IMG/VR virus record: IMGVR_UViG_3300009514_000021
Coordinates: 3,278-67,277 of that record
Reading direction: 5' to 3' (one strand)
DNA: 64,000 nucleotides
From: a virus
This document shows, piece by piece, positions 19,301-27,203 of this stretch (position 1 is its first letter; the number at the start of each line of letters is the position of its first letter). The notes beneath the pieces are model-generated. The model was given only the letters and a program-made list of their open reading frames with translations. It had not been told where the DNA came from and made no database searches. The translations under genes were made by a program, and so were the position numbers.

Positions 19301-21818
19301 GACCGACAGTGTCATCAGTGCTCTCGAGTTCGAGGACCTGGTCGTAGGCCCCAGCGCGCCGAGCAATGGATATCAGGTTGCGGGGATGCACTACTTCCCC
19401 ATCGCCATCCCGCCTACCACCGTCACCGGGTTCGAAGCCGACATCGGGGCTGGCGTTGTGCCACCGCTGGGGATGCGGTGGGTCACCCTTTCGGGCCAAG
19501 GCGATAGTGAAGTGTTCGAGGGCGACGGTGGCGCCGGCTCCGGCAAAATCGTCAACAGCGGCTCCCCAGGTGCCGGAGAGATGGGGGTCATCGAGGACCC
19601 ACCGCTCCCGTCTACGGATTTCCAGGCAGAGGATGCGACCGTGTTCTCGGGAGTCCCAGGACGGCTCGACACGTCGGCTCTGACAGACGCCCAGTGGGAC
19701 CTCATCAACAACCCGTCGACCTCACCTTCCCCGGGCACCTCAGACCTCCGCGCGATGCTCCCCCGCGGCTACTTCTTCCTCACCAACTCGAAGTCCGGAC
19801 ACCCCATGGAGGGTGAGCTGGGGTTCTACGCTCAGGCGGGCATCTTCCTCGAGCCGAGCTTCCCCCGTCCGGTTCTCGACCTCGACCCATCTGCGGCGCC
19901 CCTGAACCACCCCCGCGTCGTGGACAGCGACCACAGCCTGTTGGCCAGCATCGAGATCGGGATGCGCAACATGGAAACGCTCCTGGGCATCGACCTCGAC
20001 GGCGCGGGGGCGAACACGGTCACCGCACCTACGGATCCGGAGCGGGTCAATTTCGAGGTGCGCCGCATCCGACGGTTTCACGACGTCCAGGAGATCGTCG
20101 GTCAGCAGATCGAACCTCTCCGGTACGCCTACGAGATCCGCCGGGGACGCATTACCGGCTACGACGCGTCAGCCCGTACGCTCGAGGCCGTCGGCTTCAG
20201 CATGACCTACAACGCTGACGTCCCTTCCGCTCCTTTGGCGGCCGATGTATGGAACGACGGGCAGACCTACACAGGGACCAACCTGGGGGACTTCTCCGAC
20301 GAGGACGTCAACGTCAAGCCGGGAGACCTGGTCCGAGTCCTCGACGAGAACGGAGACGTGGTCGACCAGGCGACCATCCTCCGGTACGAGCTGAGTCTCT
20401 TCGGTCCCCCGGATCCCGGCCTCATCCAGCTGGCGCCTCCAGGTCTCATCGCACTGCCGCCTGGGGACTACACCGCCGACGGGGGTATGCGTTTCGAGGT
20501 GTACCTGCGCCAGCCTGTTGTGCCTCTGGAGCAGTCGCACGAGCAGCTCCTGGGCCTCATGACCGACCGGGTCGTCCATCAGACCCGGGCCGACTACACG
20601 GCTTTGGAGGGCGGGTACGTGCCGTCCATCGCGGCGCCGGCGGAGTACCCCGACAACGTCAACAAGCTGCACGACGACCTCAACGCCTCGGGGGCCACGG
20701 CGGCGGAGACCTTTGCGGGCCTGGGGGTTCGTGAAGGCGACATCGTCATCGTCGACCCGGCGCCCACGCTTCCGCAGTCGGGCGGCCTCCCGGTTGTGCC
20801 CGAGAAGGGTGCGCGTCCTCGAGGAGACGCCGGCATCTCCGATCGCCCTGCCTCCCACATCACCGGCGAGCCGAACCCGCTCGACGACAATCGCGGTTGG
20901 TACCGCGTTCTGTCCGTGGAGACCGATCCCCTTCCACACCTGGTGGTCTCGGGCTCGACCTCGCTCACCGGCGACCTCACCATCGACGTGGTGTTCCCCG
21001 AGGCAGTGTCGGAGCGTGCCACCCGAGGGTACACGGTCTACCCGACTGTGGGCGCCTCAACCCTCAGCGGAGGCAACGAGGGTCAGATGGACCTGCGGCC
21101 GACGGACGTCCCAGACGGGGCAACCAACTCGTATCAGGTGGGGTCGACGCGCGAACACTCCATCCGGCCTTTCTCTTACAAGGTCATCCGCCCCTCGAGT
21201 CTGTTCGAGGATGAGACCGTCGACCTCCTCCTGTCGAGTCGGGAACGCCTCCTGTCGATGCTCGAGCAGCTCAAGGGCCTGCTCCTGGGCACCAAGAGAG
21301 GTACCTACTTCGTCTTCCAGAGGGACAACCACGCCCACGATGTCGGTTCACCCACCGATGAGAGCGTGGGTCTCGGGGTGTTGTCGAACGCGGTCATCGA
21401 GGGTTTGGTCGGTCGGGTCAACTACTCCCCGTTCGTCAGCGACAGCGACGGCACCTCACTGCTCGACAGGCGGTTCTGGATCCTCGACAACCGCCTGGAC
21501 ACCCTGTCGCCCACCGACCCCGACCCTGGCCTGGCGAGCACGATTTCGAGCAAGGTCGCTGGGGTAGGTGACACCCCCTACACGGCCTACAACGACCTGG
21601 CGGGATCGCTGGTGAGGCCTGTCCTTCCGGACCGCATCGACATCGTCCTCGACATCGTCGACCGGTTCCGTCAGCTCCGATTCACCTGGCTGACCTACCG
21701 CACCCACCGCGTGCTGGGAACCCTGGCTGGGATAGAGAGGTTTGATGCAGAAATAGAAGCACGCCTCGAGGCTCAGAGGCAGCAGCTGTTGCAGAATGAG
21801 TCCGCAGGAGATGTCTGA
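10377..21818 (+). CDS. Giant multidomain virion structural (baseplate/tail-associated) protein, 3813 aa
   Basis: 11.4-kb open frame with GC-rich third positions. Acidic, beta-rich modules and a C-terminal coiled coil. Embedded between spike and wedge genes; no family recognised. Confidence 0.75.
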   Translation: MSFDFSGYVLRGVRISPTNAVVSAEPSNGVVRDIRAVPGAYALSGEAPDLVEAAADQYRASILNNAVESTTEYLLWAANSAQLAVVDDPTWLLSEGSGRIPLGTLTVTDLTPDNLPAGEPPPKKYGTFPDGSARVVVTDNGLRSIANIAAVVVARGDVDDYDDDGWVDPDDVGLGRLGSNPYYVIESAAIDQDADAGIVRLTDAQLTTLDGGLSNQRGDEVIEVRYTLSAARFWWSRNDRHKTRFGWDGRTQKWAPLKGGAPKDLGALDFESTHRVTPVPTGLPVGTTLPGSEADPDSFAMIRLGTSPGASSFPVAADGAFTGIKVKFDSDLEGGFDFTKDPLIAGVLGRTNGILQFNPNFIATQAGQTVWYSYLSFEEDSDGRVGLLLDAKEEPLFIAPIPGPTDHPFIHIGSRRHLTVQLADTDAELAGATIQEGEVGVSLSTGQLKFSSVDLDKADPSTTGFSPQYLGTGVNYAGVALNRVPQPTRKAVQLVDDTGTPVDVTVDNDLYVPDLVYLPEEFALDDPVRGLGISGVLDVPDGTGSIPILPGTPAPVRPGGESDTDPQRGRIRQVEDGVSDTILFARPKVIETLNIVDREVDLPTLPFKVPQGTAYIAKERGPGGSRVVFSSKDRGEFVGGPAFFLQANLTPSTYTTRARLLSRVRDIFIFEGGEKLRFHIDGTSYTWEADTLLTAIPGRNAYLVEEVADSIDDAITGTGSARVFNGHIALEAGDLDTGEVEIGFATTAGEKDLTGASALGFPPGWRAVGGVVNWLPDAGMSWGLYRSPANLNGEFELSDYNSRARIEELPLGTVQGVPFVFLNPVPLQDVAGLDEDIFFQLTNVIQEGETIEIVNQVLRHFQDIKHEFDIGRFAWLEDGLITQTVERPVLSLGLGNQGVVAESLLGAPGIGGGLAIAETGGSFELQTFGDDFLLPDDGAQGVALLVDRVGRRHTLGARGFFSEGSDEFTDATADFSEAEPGYRLKITRGDAAGSYVLTEVVSATELRVSPAFVADAADNPVTWELFEGFTTDVFDPAIVADITFDLFNHLPNEPFVIRTLTPLGTVDEALVADPGDALENGRFIQVRFGLEAPTDDNTASVSVLGKTELATIANDLIVIPTDEPRFSEAAFTIRLGPATLVPVGVTSFSADPAGVEYLLADGVDGEKGLLKFGSAILSGFANTKVYFAEEFLPSSVLAAGATELNPDTGDLSLSDADVATHAGKTAYFVQRMITENRLDVAASPIVGTFYFNHPIQVDQSVEVEYFEADLEGKKVGDQIVEFLSVFITKETAERESATSYLFNASLKTVDTRIETLVYVGIFQQNFGSQDFEIEYLPDGRGRISFSKSLADSAAVTVSYAVFEANGGERVYESSTKPVYRPPFFIKAGLDQFGVRGDRQDEFQVGQMLRIGESCFYIRKITYFTDEDITALGIFPSTSGEEGSRAPANDILSLITTTPITSTVDPDGALPVDVPEAPAGFMQTVPIADAPFEPVVRGQTSITFLADLTGVAVPGHILEVGGRPFTIADLALSEDGTRTKVSLTAPFKEGINVNTDPTVKVSIRPVYPPGTRTFLGVGPVVASEPLELVRYTDGQPGRTLIRGVEYDLEPDTGIVTLLDPGAEPLAAGEQLYLAYTKLRTLEPFVQQGILTFPRYTATYLYNTIPSDDNGLLGGLLTTTYTFSTPDAFYFRTVPLRSFLGEVVERAQQDLQASNPAAGPLTTAVPATDNWDQGRLAIQSERRNLVDFDRAARVFVDFYNQVINGFEQMLETMSGGLIGDRDGKFRFEVGRGLEYPPPGYEDAITGELNPRNVFADVFTSKNTRIDVFLTTDPIVRPPGARLIGGEIDGVFPGSPEIADLIEEQSAFVRNDVDDLVMTSLKALKGKIDPDTLTRGLIASGLYQRLAEPSFLSRLFPLIARVFFQTYPGIGADLLGGDPGRYSYQTSDPITGQTVSTYNTVIAKLGNPVLGELDNVIEGSLEKRFPRARIWKYEPLGFPEMDDLLTAAGLPTFSATPRPAVIATPLLLRDFPIDPERGGPDVDQLVSQGGLFSDLELGDVTFVMPPWEPGQQIAWGVPTGEIHAAFHLESDDTLTGVFIDEVLLGCILTFRTEDPAASPDPGFPITDGDRLLVDIGNELANPSAEDFPLEQGATIFGVPTIDAKVTPSDPPTKDDLVAATKGIQNFRTGFDLSIKGDGTVVDLSWPAEEDPAYPVQELRGQNPPDPLESLQGVAQFLRGDLSPLRIPALTGDERDDSGDQQIPFLATQNTELDRFGEAAVGLAKPMEVTDDLGNYVYPDEFIGNDGEIRGDFVANGATYKEPAALNTSLDVHPVANSGLSPGVGDLESYDLLLVEVDDAEDRIVVGSQGLLSVGRAETSLVSGSDYQSVIEPPRFVTQSNAGTPIRYRFNNAIVFTTPGAAYPPDPQVGPTPAGVRIIEDTVTGVTALEFDDLSGSLALNDGVTAGGGVGNLNHLWSAVGAKFYNKITIELFARTDPNITTALAPGALPTPGLPVLTIVIQGTTVTATEHQGNPLPPPGPVTSVVFGTDSPFTPLPVDNNQIRITHGPGSWLFAGAVPPETDWFLPHTVGVTNDSIYGYEFSISIDTYNFDVPVLPGPSFKGESTTAYIDPDRLTFHELFDMRHIKARGYTHPLSAHVLEGQLSVFEVTVADPSGAGGFESNVNRFTNGFSGLHPDGSPDPDPYTFLTRSITASDPGSYLANSPAGGTWAPEPTGGTIRVMGWEGYLNTPVLTGGAAVPDAVKFTAIPSSLRGPDATDPICTGRGLTESIDNTSVTAAVAALGSTDADNRLLDISIIDGAISDIEKGDILIIRESDDAGFAATTKAGTYLVRLPVEPDALGGLWRTTSGLTAADQIGAWDGWIPSPGYPRLLSLTLGGPGAFEVTDLAGFPLAPTVGAPATPSGFPASGRVYVVRDVLDLHSTDLEEFRTAVVSVAYTSIDTSGANPVFTGLSDYKDATDSVISALEFEDLVVGPSAPSNGYQVAGMHYFPIAIPPTTVTGFEADIGAGVVPPLGMRWVTLSGQGDSEVFEGDGGAGSGKIVNSGSPGAGEMGVIEDPPLPSTDFQAEDATVFSGVPGRLDTSALTDAQWDLINNPSTSPSPGTSDLRAMLPRGYFFLTNSKSGHPMEGELGFYAQAGIFLEPSFPRPVLDLDPSAAPLNHPRVVDSDHSLLASIEIGMRNMETLLGIDLDGAGANTVTAPTDPERVNFEVRRIRRFHDVQEIVGQQIEPLRYAYEIRRGRITGYDASARTLEAVGFSMTYNADVPSAPLAADVWNDGQTYTGTNLGDFSDEDVNVKPGDLVRVLDENGDVVDQATILRYELSLFGPPDPGLIQLAPPGLIALPPGDYTADGGMRFEVYLRQPVVPLEQSHEQLLGLMTDRVVHQTRADYTALEGGYVPSIAAPAEYPDNVNKLHDDLNASGATAAETFAGLGVREGDIVIVDPAPTLPQSGGLPVVPEKGARPRGDAGISDRPASHITGEPNPLDDNRGWYRVLSVETDPLPHLVVSGSTSLTGDLTIDVVFPEAVSERATRGYTVYPTVGASTLSGGNEGQMDLRPTDVPDGATNSYQVGSTREHSIRPFSYKVIRPSSLFEDETVDLLLSSRERLLSMLEQLKGLLLGTKRGTYFVFQRDNHAHDVGSPTDESVGLGVLSNAVIEGLVGRVNYSPFVSDSDGTSLLDRRFWILDNRLDTLSPTDPDPGLASTISSKVAGVGDTPYTAYNDLAGSLVRPVLPDRIDIVLDIVDRFRQLRFTWLTYRTHRVLGTLAGIERFDAEIEARLEAQRQQLLQNESAGDV

Positions 21819-22051
21819 TGACAACGCGAACCCCTGAAGACCTTCTGAAGGCCCTCAAAGCCATGGGCATCGACCCCGGCGATTGGGTCGAGGCCGGCGG
21901 CAAGGTGATGGAGCCACCGTTCATTCAGCGGCAGAAGGGGCACCTGTTGAAGTTCAAGGAGATCCTCGAACAGCAGGTGGCCGACGACCAGGAGGCTCTC
22001 GCCAAGCTCCACCAGAAGAAGAGCCGACTCCTTCACGGCGGAGGTAGCTGA
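21818..22051 (+). CDS. Small coiled-coil hypothetical protein, 77 aa
   Basis: TGATG overlaps on both sides, AGGAG upstream, helical C-terminal half. Confidence 0.7.
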   Translation: MTTRTPEDLLKALKAMGIDPGDWVEAGGKVMEPPFIQRQKGHLLKFKEILEQQVADDQEALAKLHQKKSRLLHGGGS

Positions 22052-25000
22052 TGGCCGACCTTCCGCGCGAGTTCAACCAGTGGGGAACGCTCACCCTCGA
22101 GCTGCCGGACTTCCTCAAGGTCATCCGAGACGGGGTCAACACGGCTGTCGATTTCCTCATCACGGTCATGGACCTCCTTCTGTCGGCTTTGGAGATCGTC
22201 AAGGCGTTCACGGTCGCGTACATCAACCCCATCGAGGCCATCGTCAAGCTGATCGTCGACGAGGTCAACGCGATCCTCAAGGACTTGTCTGAGCTGGGGC
22301 TCTACATCACGGGTGACTGGGCCCTTCTTGAGACGCCGTTCGATGACCTCAAGGGCGGGTTCACCGCGTACGAGCGGCGCATGATCGCCCGTCTGACCGA
22401 TAGCACCGACCCCACTCGCCCGAGCACTACCGGCAAGACCAAGGTGTTCGCGGCCTTCTTCTACCAGTCGGTCAACTTCAGTCAGATCACCCAGCTGGTC
22501 TCCTACGTCAACCGGCTGGCCACGTTCTTCAACGTCGACACTCCAACCAATCCTGCCCTGCCTACGCCGCTCATCACCGGGGTCAAGTACGGCCTGGAGT
22601 CCATCGGGGCCGCGGGTTTCAGCGCTCTTCCCGAGGCCTTCAACACCAACCCCAATCCGCCGCGGGTTGCCAGGGTCGACTGGCAACTGTCGACCTCAAG
22701 TGCGAAGAACCCGCTCGACTCGTTCGGGTTCCCTTCTCCTCCTGGTTTCCTGGTCACCATCTCGACACGTCGCGACGGCATTCGGATCGGGTACGACCGG
22801 GCACGCAAGACCGACGGCAAGGACGACAAGAAGGGACAGGACAAGAAAGTCCAACCGCGTGAGTCCGGCCTCATGTTCGACAACACCGGGCGGCCCTTGG
22901 TGCTCCACGGCGGCGCGGACATGCTCCGGCTCAGCTCCCAGGTGGAGTACAACGCCAACACCACCACAGACGGACCCAAGGACGGGGTCTTCCGCTCCTT
23001 CGGTGTGCTCGACCCAGGCAAAAACGTTCTCGTCCCCCTGGAGACGCTCAAACAGGGAGAGGGCGAGGACGAGACCTACTATTACCAACGGGCCTTCTAC
23101 GTCTCGTCCGCGGCCACGGCCGCCTGGCTCACCCAGACGTACTCGTTCGAGATCACCTTCGACATGCTCCCGGAGGACCCCGAAATCGAGCCCGACGGAT
23201 TGGGTGGCCTAATTCCTGGGGATGATGCGGCGACACCCAACGCAGCTTACGTGCGTATCGCTGCGGTATCCGAGAAGGTCATTGATGCTGGTGACGGCCA
23301 CCAGCGGTTCCAGTACGACATCGCCGGCTCCCCGTTCCTGAAAGCCTCCGGTGTGCCGTTGGTCATGATGGGGGCTACCCCCGACGGCAAGGAAGTCCTC
23401 CTGGTTGGTCAGGACATCGGACCGTTCAGCGAGCCCGTCGAGGTAACTTTCGCCTCGGCGAACACCAACGCGTACCTCCTTGCCCTCTACACAGCCCTGG
23501 CCGTCCTGGTGTTGAGCCGGGTGGATCTCCCCACCCTCCGAGAGCTGGAAGCCCGCACCGACGCCGAGGACGATACCAACACTCTCGGCGCCGACGCCGC
23601 CAAAGAGACGGTCATCAGCGCGCTGGAAGGCAAAATCAACAAGCAGGCCTTCGCCCGCCAGCTCACCGGTCTCGAGGACTTCCGGGACATCCTCAAGCTG
23701 TTGTACCCGGACATCAAGCAGCTTGAGCGCAAGGACCTCACCGCCCCAGCGTTCCGCAAGGACCTCCGACAACGAGTCCTTCGTGTAGCGGGGGAGATGT
23801 ACCGGAAGTCAGGGCCTCGGCCCGACCTTGAAGGCTCGATCGTGGCGGCCACTGAAGACCTGCGCACGATCACCTGGCGCGAGCTGTTCGAGCAGAACGA
23901 CGATGCGCTGGTGAAGCGCCTGGGGGAGATCTACCTCATCCCAGATGTCGTCGAGGAAGACCCCGCCAAAATAGTTTCCGAGACCATCTGGACGTCCATT
24001 GATGACTCCGAGGAGAAGGGTGGGTTGGCCGCGAACCCTTGGGGCATTGGCCTCCCGGAGCGCGCCGCGGAGTCCTTGTTTTACGCCAAAGACGCCATCT
24101 TGGCGCGGCAGCCCCAGTTCATCGAGGCGGGTTCTTTGGAGGGCGATGAACCTTGGGACCGCATCGTCGAGGCTGCCGGGCAAGACATCGCTGATGTCCG
24201 GTTGGCTATCCCCACCCGGGCCGAGCGTAAGGTGGTCCAACGCCAGGTGGACGACGAAGGCAAAGTCACGCTCCTGCATGGGTGTCGCCCGCAGAACAGG
24301 GCCCAGTATTTCCAGACGCTTCGGGACGCCAAGCGTCTCGATGGCTCCGCGGACTCCGCGCCGGTCTTCTACCTCAACAAGGTGGCCCTGACGACGCTGT
24401 CCCCGAACGACCCGGGGGGTGAGAACGCCCTGGTCAAGCGCGGGGGCGTCGTGTTCGTACGGTCCATCTTGGGCGGGGCCTTGGACAACGTCATCTTCCG
24501 TCAGGCGCGACTGGTTCTTGGGTTCGCCTCTGCGGCCATCGGACGGCCCTCCAAGGACACCAAGTGGTTCGCTCTCCGGCCTTTCGCGTTCCTGCCCCCG
24601 CTGGGAGACGTCATGGACGTCATCTCCAAGTGGCTCGACGCCATCCTGGCCGCGGTCAAAGGCGCCGCCAACATCATCGTCCAGTTCATCGATTTCATTG
24701 AAGCTCGGATCGTCAAACTCCAGCAGATGATTCGGGAAATCAACGCCCTCATCCAGTCGGTGTTCTCTTTCGCCTTGCCCAAGTCGTCTGGCCTCATCTT
24801 GTTGTCCAACGGCACCGATGGAGTTCTGTCGGACCTGGTCGCGGCCGAGAACAAGCCCTCGGATAGCCCGTTGGACTACGGGGGCGGGATCGCAGTCGTC
24901 ATCCCCTTCATTCCAGGGGCGTTGTTCGACCTCATCGGGATGATCATCGAGATGTTCAAGGCCGAGGGAGGCGTAGACCCCGCCGACTCGACGTTGCCCG

Positions 25001-25089
25001 ACGCCGCGGGACCCCCGGCCTTGTTCGAAGAGGTTCCTGAAGAGCTGGAGGCGCCAGATCCCGGCAACGGTGTCCCGGAGGTGTTGTAA
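22051..25089 (+). CDS. Virion-associated protein with amphipathic/hydrophobic helical N- and C-terminal domains, 1012 aa
   Basis: GGAGG upstream and TGATG coupling. Termini such as AVDFLITVMDLLLSALEIVKAF and GGGIAVVIPFIPGALFDLIGMIIEMF. Confidence 0.7.
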   Translation: MADLPREFNQWGTLTLELPDFLKVIRDGVNTAVDFLITVMDLLLSALEIVKAFTVAYINPIEAIVKLIVDEVNAILKDLSELGLYITGDWALLETPFDDLKGGFTAYERRMIARLTDSTDPTRPSTTGKTKVFAAFFYQSVNFSQITQLVSYVNRLATFFNVDTPTNPALPTPLITGVKYGLESIGAAGFSALPEAFNTNPNPPRVARVDWQLSTSSAKNPLDSFGFPSPPGFLVTISTRRDGIRIGYDRARKTDGKDDKKGQDKKVQPRESGLMFDNTGRPLVLHGGADMLRLSSQVEYNANTTTDGPKDGVFRSFGVLDPGKNVLVPLETLKQGEGEDETYYYQRAFYVSSAATAAWLTQTYSFEITFDMLPEDPEIEPDGLGGLIPGDDAATPNAAYVRIAAVSEKVIDAGDGHQRFQYDIAGSPFLKASGVPLVMMGATPDGKEVLLVGQDIGPFSEPVEVTFASANTNAYLLALYTALAVLVLSRVDLPTLRELEARTDAEDDTNTLGADAAKETVISALEGKINKQAFARQLTGLEDFRDILKLLYPDIKQLERKDLTAPAFRKDLRQRVLRVAGEMYRKSGPRPDLEGSIVAATEDLRTITWRELFEQNDDALVKRLGEIYLIPDVVEEDPAKIVSETIWTSIDDSEEKGGLAANPWGIGLPERAAESLFYAKDAILARQPQFIEAGSLEGDEPWDRIVEAAGQDIADVRLAIPTRAERKVVQRQVDDEGKVTLLHGCRPQNRAQYFQTLRDAKRLDGSADSAPVFYLNKVALTTLSPNDPGGENALVKRGGVVFVRSILGGALDNVIFRQARLVLGFASAAIGRPSKDTKWFALRPFAFLPPLGDVMDVISKWLDAILAAVKGAANIIVQFIDFIEARIVKLQQMIREINALIQSVFSFALPKSSGLILLSNGTDGVLSDLVAAENKPSDSPLDYGGGIAVVIPFIPGALFDLIGMIIEMFKAEGGVDPADSTLPDAAGPPALFEEVPEELEAPDPGNGVPEVL

Positions 25090-25979
25090 TGCCCTCGTTT
25101 TCCAAGATGAGCATCTGGCCTGTCGGCTACTTCCGGCGGATTTGCAGTTGGCTGCTGCGGAACCGGCGAGACGTGTCTGCCAGGGTCGCCGTCATCAACG
25201 CCGAGCTGCGCCGCATCGGGTTTGTCACGGTCTTCTACGCACAGGAAGAGCAGGAAGACGGGACGGTGCGGGCGACTGAGCGGCGTACCGGGTTCGCGGT
25301 GACACGCGGATCGTCGCTCGAGCGTCTGGTCCAGGCCTACATTGCGGGCGGTGGCAACCCGCTGGACATCTCCATGTTCCTGCACCCGGACACCGACTTC
25401 ATCACCGAGCTGTCGGAGGAGTTCGACGCCCGCACCACCTCGTTCTATCCCCACGGTGGTGTGGCGGCCCCGCAGTCGGTGGAAATCAACGACCCTGTGG
25501 GGGATCCCAGCTCGTCGGGATTCGAGTCTTACCGGGGAGGGCAGATCCCATTCGACGGCAACCCTCAATTCCGTCTGGGAGCCTGGGTCGACCGAGGAGC
25601 CTGGGACGACGAGACCATCGTGAGAACGATGCACCTCATCCGGCGCTGGTCCAACCAGGGCATCCGAGAGAAGGTCAAAGACATCGAGTGGCGAGTCATC
25701 AAGCTCAGCGATCTGTACGAGCAACTACGGCGTGAGCGCGACGAGGTGTTGGTCGAGGCCTTCGGAGATGCCCTGAACGCGCTCACGGGTTACGACAACC
25801 CGGAGGTGTTCCTGAACGCCCAACGTATTCAGGGTCTGATGACCGAGATGTGGAAGCTGATCTATCAGCCGACCGGTGACGGACCCCTCGATAGCACCCA
25901 GGCGAACGTGGAAAACGTGGGGCTGCTGGGGTTCACGTACGAGGATCGACAGTCGGAGGAACTGCTCACCCTGTCTTGA
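25089..25979 (+). CDS. Hypothetical protein, 296 aa
   Basis: GGAGG upstream, TAATG coupling, normal codon pattern; no family recognised. Confidence 0.7.
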   Translation: MPSFSKMSIWPVGYFRRICSWLLRNRRDVSARVAVINAELRRIGFVTVFYAQEEQEDGTVRATERRTGFAVTRGSSLERLVQAYIAGGGNPLDISMFLHPDTDFITELSEEFDARTTSFYPHGGVAAPQSVEINDPVGDPSSSGFESYRGGQIPFDGNPQFRLGAWVDRGAWDDETIVRTMHLIRRWSNQGIREKVKDIEWRVIKLSDLYEQLRRERDEVLVEAFGDALNALTGYDNPEVFLNAQRIQGLMTEMWKLIYQPTGDGPLDSTQANVENVGLLGFTYEDRQSEELLTLS

Positions 25980-25982
25980 GGC

Positions 25983-26013
25983 GTTGCCTCGCCTATAGCT
26001 TGCCGTCTGTGAG
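25983..26013 (+). promoter_or_regulatory. Conserved intergenic motif copy 1 (GTT-N7-CTAT-N14-GAG), candidate late promoter
   Basis: GTTgcctcgcCTATagcttgccgtctgtGAG; identical spacing in three other gaps. Confidence 0.55.
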
Positions 26014-26024
26014 CAAGGAGCGCG

Positions 26025-27203
26025 ATGAGTACAGACTTCCGACTGACCTGGCGATGCACCCACCTGACCGTGGAGGAGCGGGTCTTTCTCGAGCCCGACC
26101 GACGCACCCTCAAAGGGCAACAAGCCGTGGCTTCCGGAAACACCTGCCGCATCATGGTCAACAACGAGCTGTACATCCCCCAGGGCGGTCTCTCGACCGT
26201 GGCTCAGCTTTTCAGTACAGCGTCGGGCCCCTACGACCTGACGCCGGACACCGACGGGCTGACCATCGAGACGTCGACCGAAATCATCAACGTCTCTTTC
26301 GGGGTTACCAGTCCTACGCGGTTCCGCACCGACGAGGTGGTCAGCATCATCCGTCGCCTGGGCGCCACCAGTCTGCACGTCGAGAACGCCAATGGGCACC
26401 TTGTACTCACCGAGACAGCCAACGTGGCCGACAAGTCGTTCCTCAAGGTCAGCGGCACCTCGGTTTTGGCGCTCGGGTACGGGGATCCCACCCGACTCAG
26501 CAACCGTCAGTACGCGGCTCGGGGGAAAAGGCTCTACCCTTCGTGGCAGCTCAAGTACGCCGACGAGGACCTTCAGTCCATCGCGGTGCTGAGTCGAACC
26601 CAGGAAGGTCTCCTCGAGGACGTCTTCGGTCGCGTCCCTGTCTTCGATGCGCCCATTCGAGGCAACCCCGTCTTCAAGCTCACGTATGGCGCGCCGCCGG
26701 ACCGATGCCTTCGATGCCGCCGGATGGGGGCAGAGAACGACATCCGGTACGACCTGGGAGGCGAGGCCATCCTTCTGGAGAACGAGGACCTGCTTCAGCA
26801 GGGGGCCCTCAAGATTCTCCTTACCCGACGCGGGTCCAACCCCTACCACCCCTTCTACGGAACCCGCATCCAGGACCGCATCGGGCTCAAGGCCCTCAGC
26901 GGCATCACCTCCATCATCGGGGAGGACGTTCGGAGGGGCCTGGCCAATTTCCAGAACATGCAGCGGCAGCAGGGGCAGTACCAGCGCGTGACGGCGCGGG
27001 AGCGTCTCTACCGCGTCCTCTCTGTGCGCTCCAGTGACGTCGATGGGGACCCGACCATGGTCGTGGTCGAGGTGACCGTCCAGAACGGATCCTCGGAGCC
27101 CGTCTCGCTGTCGTCCCTCTTCACGACGCCGGATGTCATCGCGTTTTTACGCGCGTCGAATGGGACACTGTCCTCGCCTAACGCGGCACAGGTGGGTCTG
27201 TAA
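26025..27203 (+). CDS. Baseplate wedge / sheath initiator (gp25/gpW-like domain) with long N-terminal extension, 392 aa
   Basis: AAGGAG RBS. C-terminal KILLTRRGSNPYHPFYGT is the gp25/GPW-type signature. Immediately upstream of baseplate J. Confidence 0.75.
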   Translation: MSTDFRLTWRCTHLTVEERVFLEPDRRTLKGQQAVASGNTCRIMVNNELYIPQGGLSTVAQLFSTASGPYDLTPDTDGLTIETSTEIINVSFGVTSPTRFRTDEVVSIIRRLGATSLHVENANGHLVLTETANVADKSFLKVSGTSVLALGYGDPTRLSNRQYAARGKRLYPSWQLKYADEDLQSIAVLSRTQEGLLEDVFGRVPVFDAPIRGNPVFKLTYGAPPDRCLRCRRMGAENDIRYDLGGEAILLENEDLLQQGALKILLTRRGSNPYHPFYGTRIQDRIGLKALSGITSIIGEDVRRGLANFQNMQRQQGQYQRVTARERLYRVLSVRSSDVDGDPTMVVVEVTVQNGSSEPVSLSSLFTTPDVIAFLRASNGTLSSPNAAQVGL

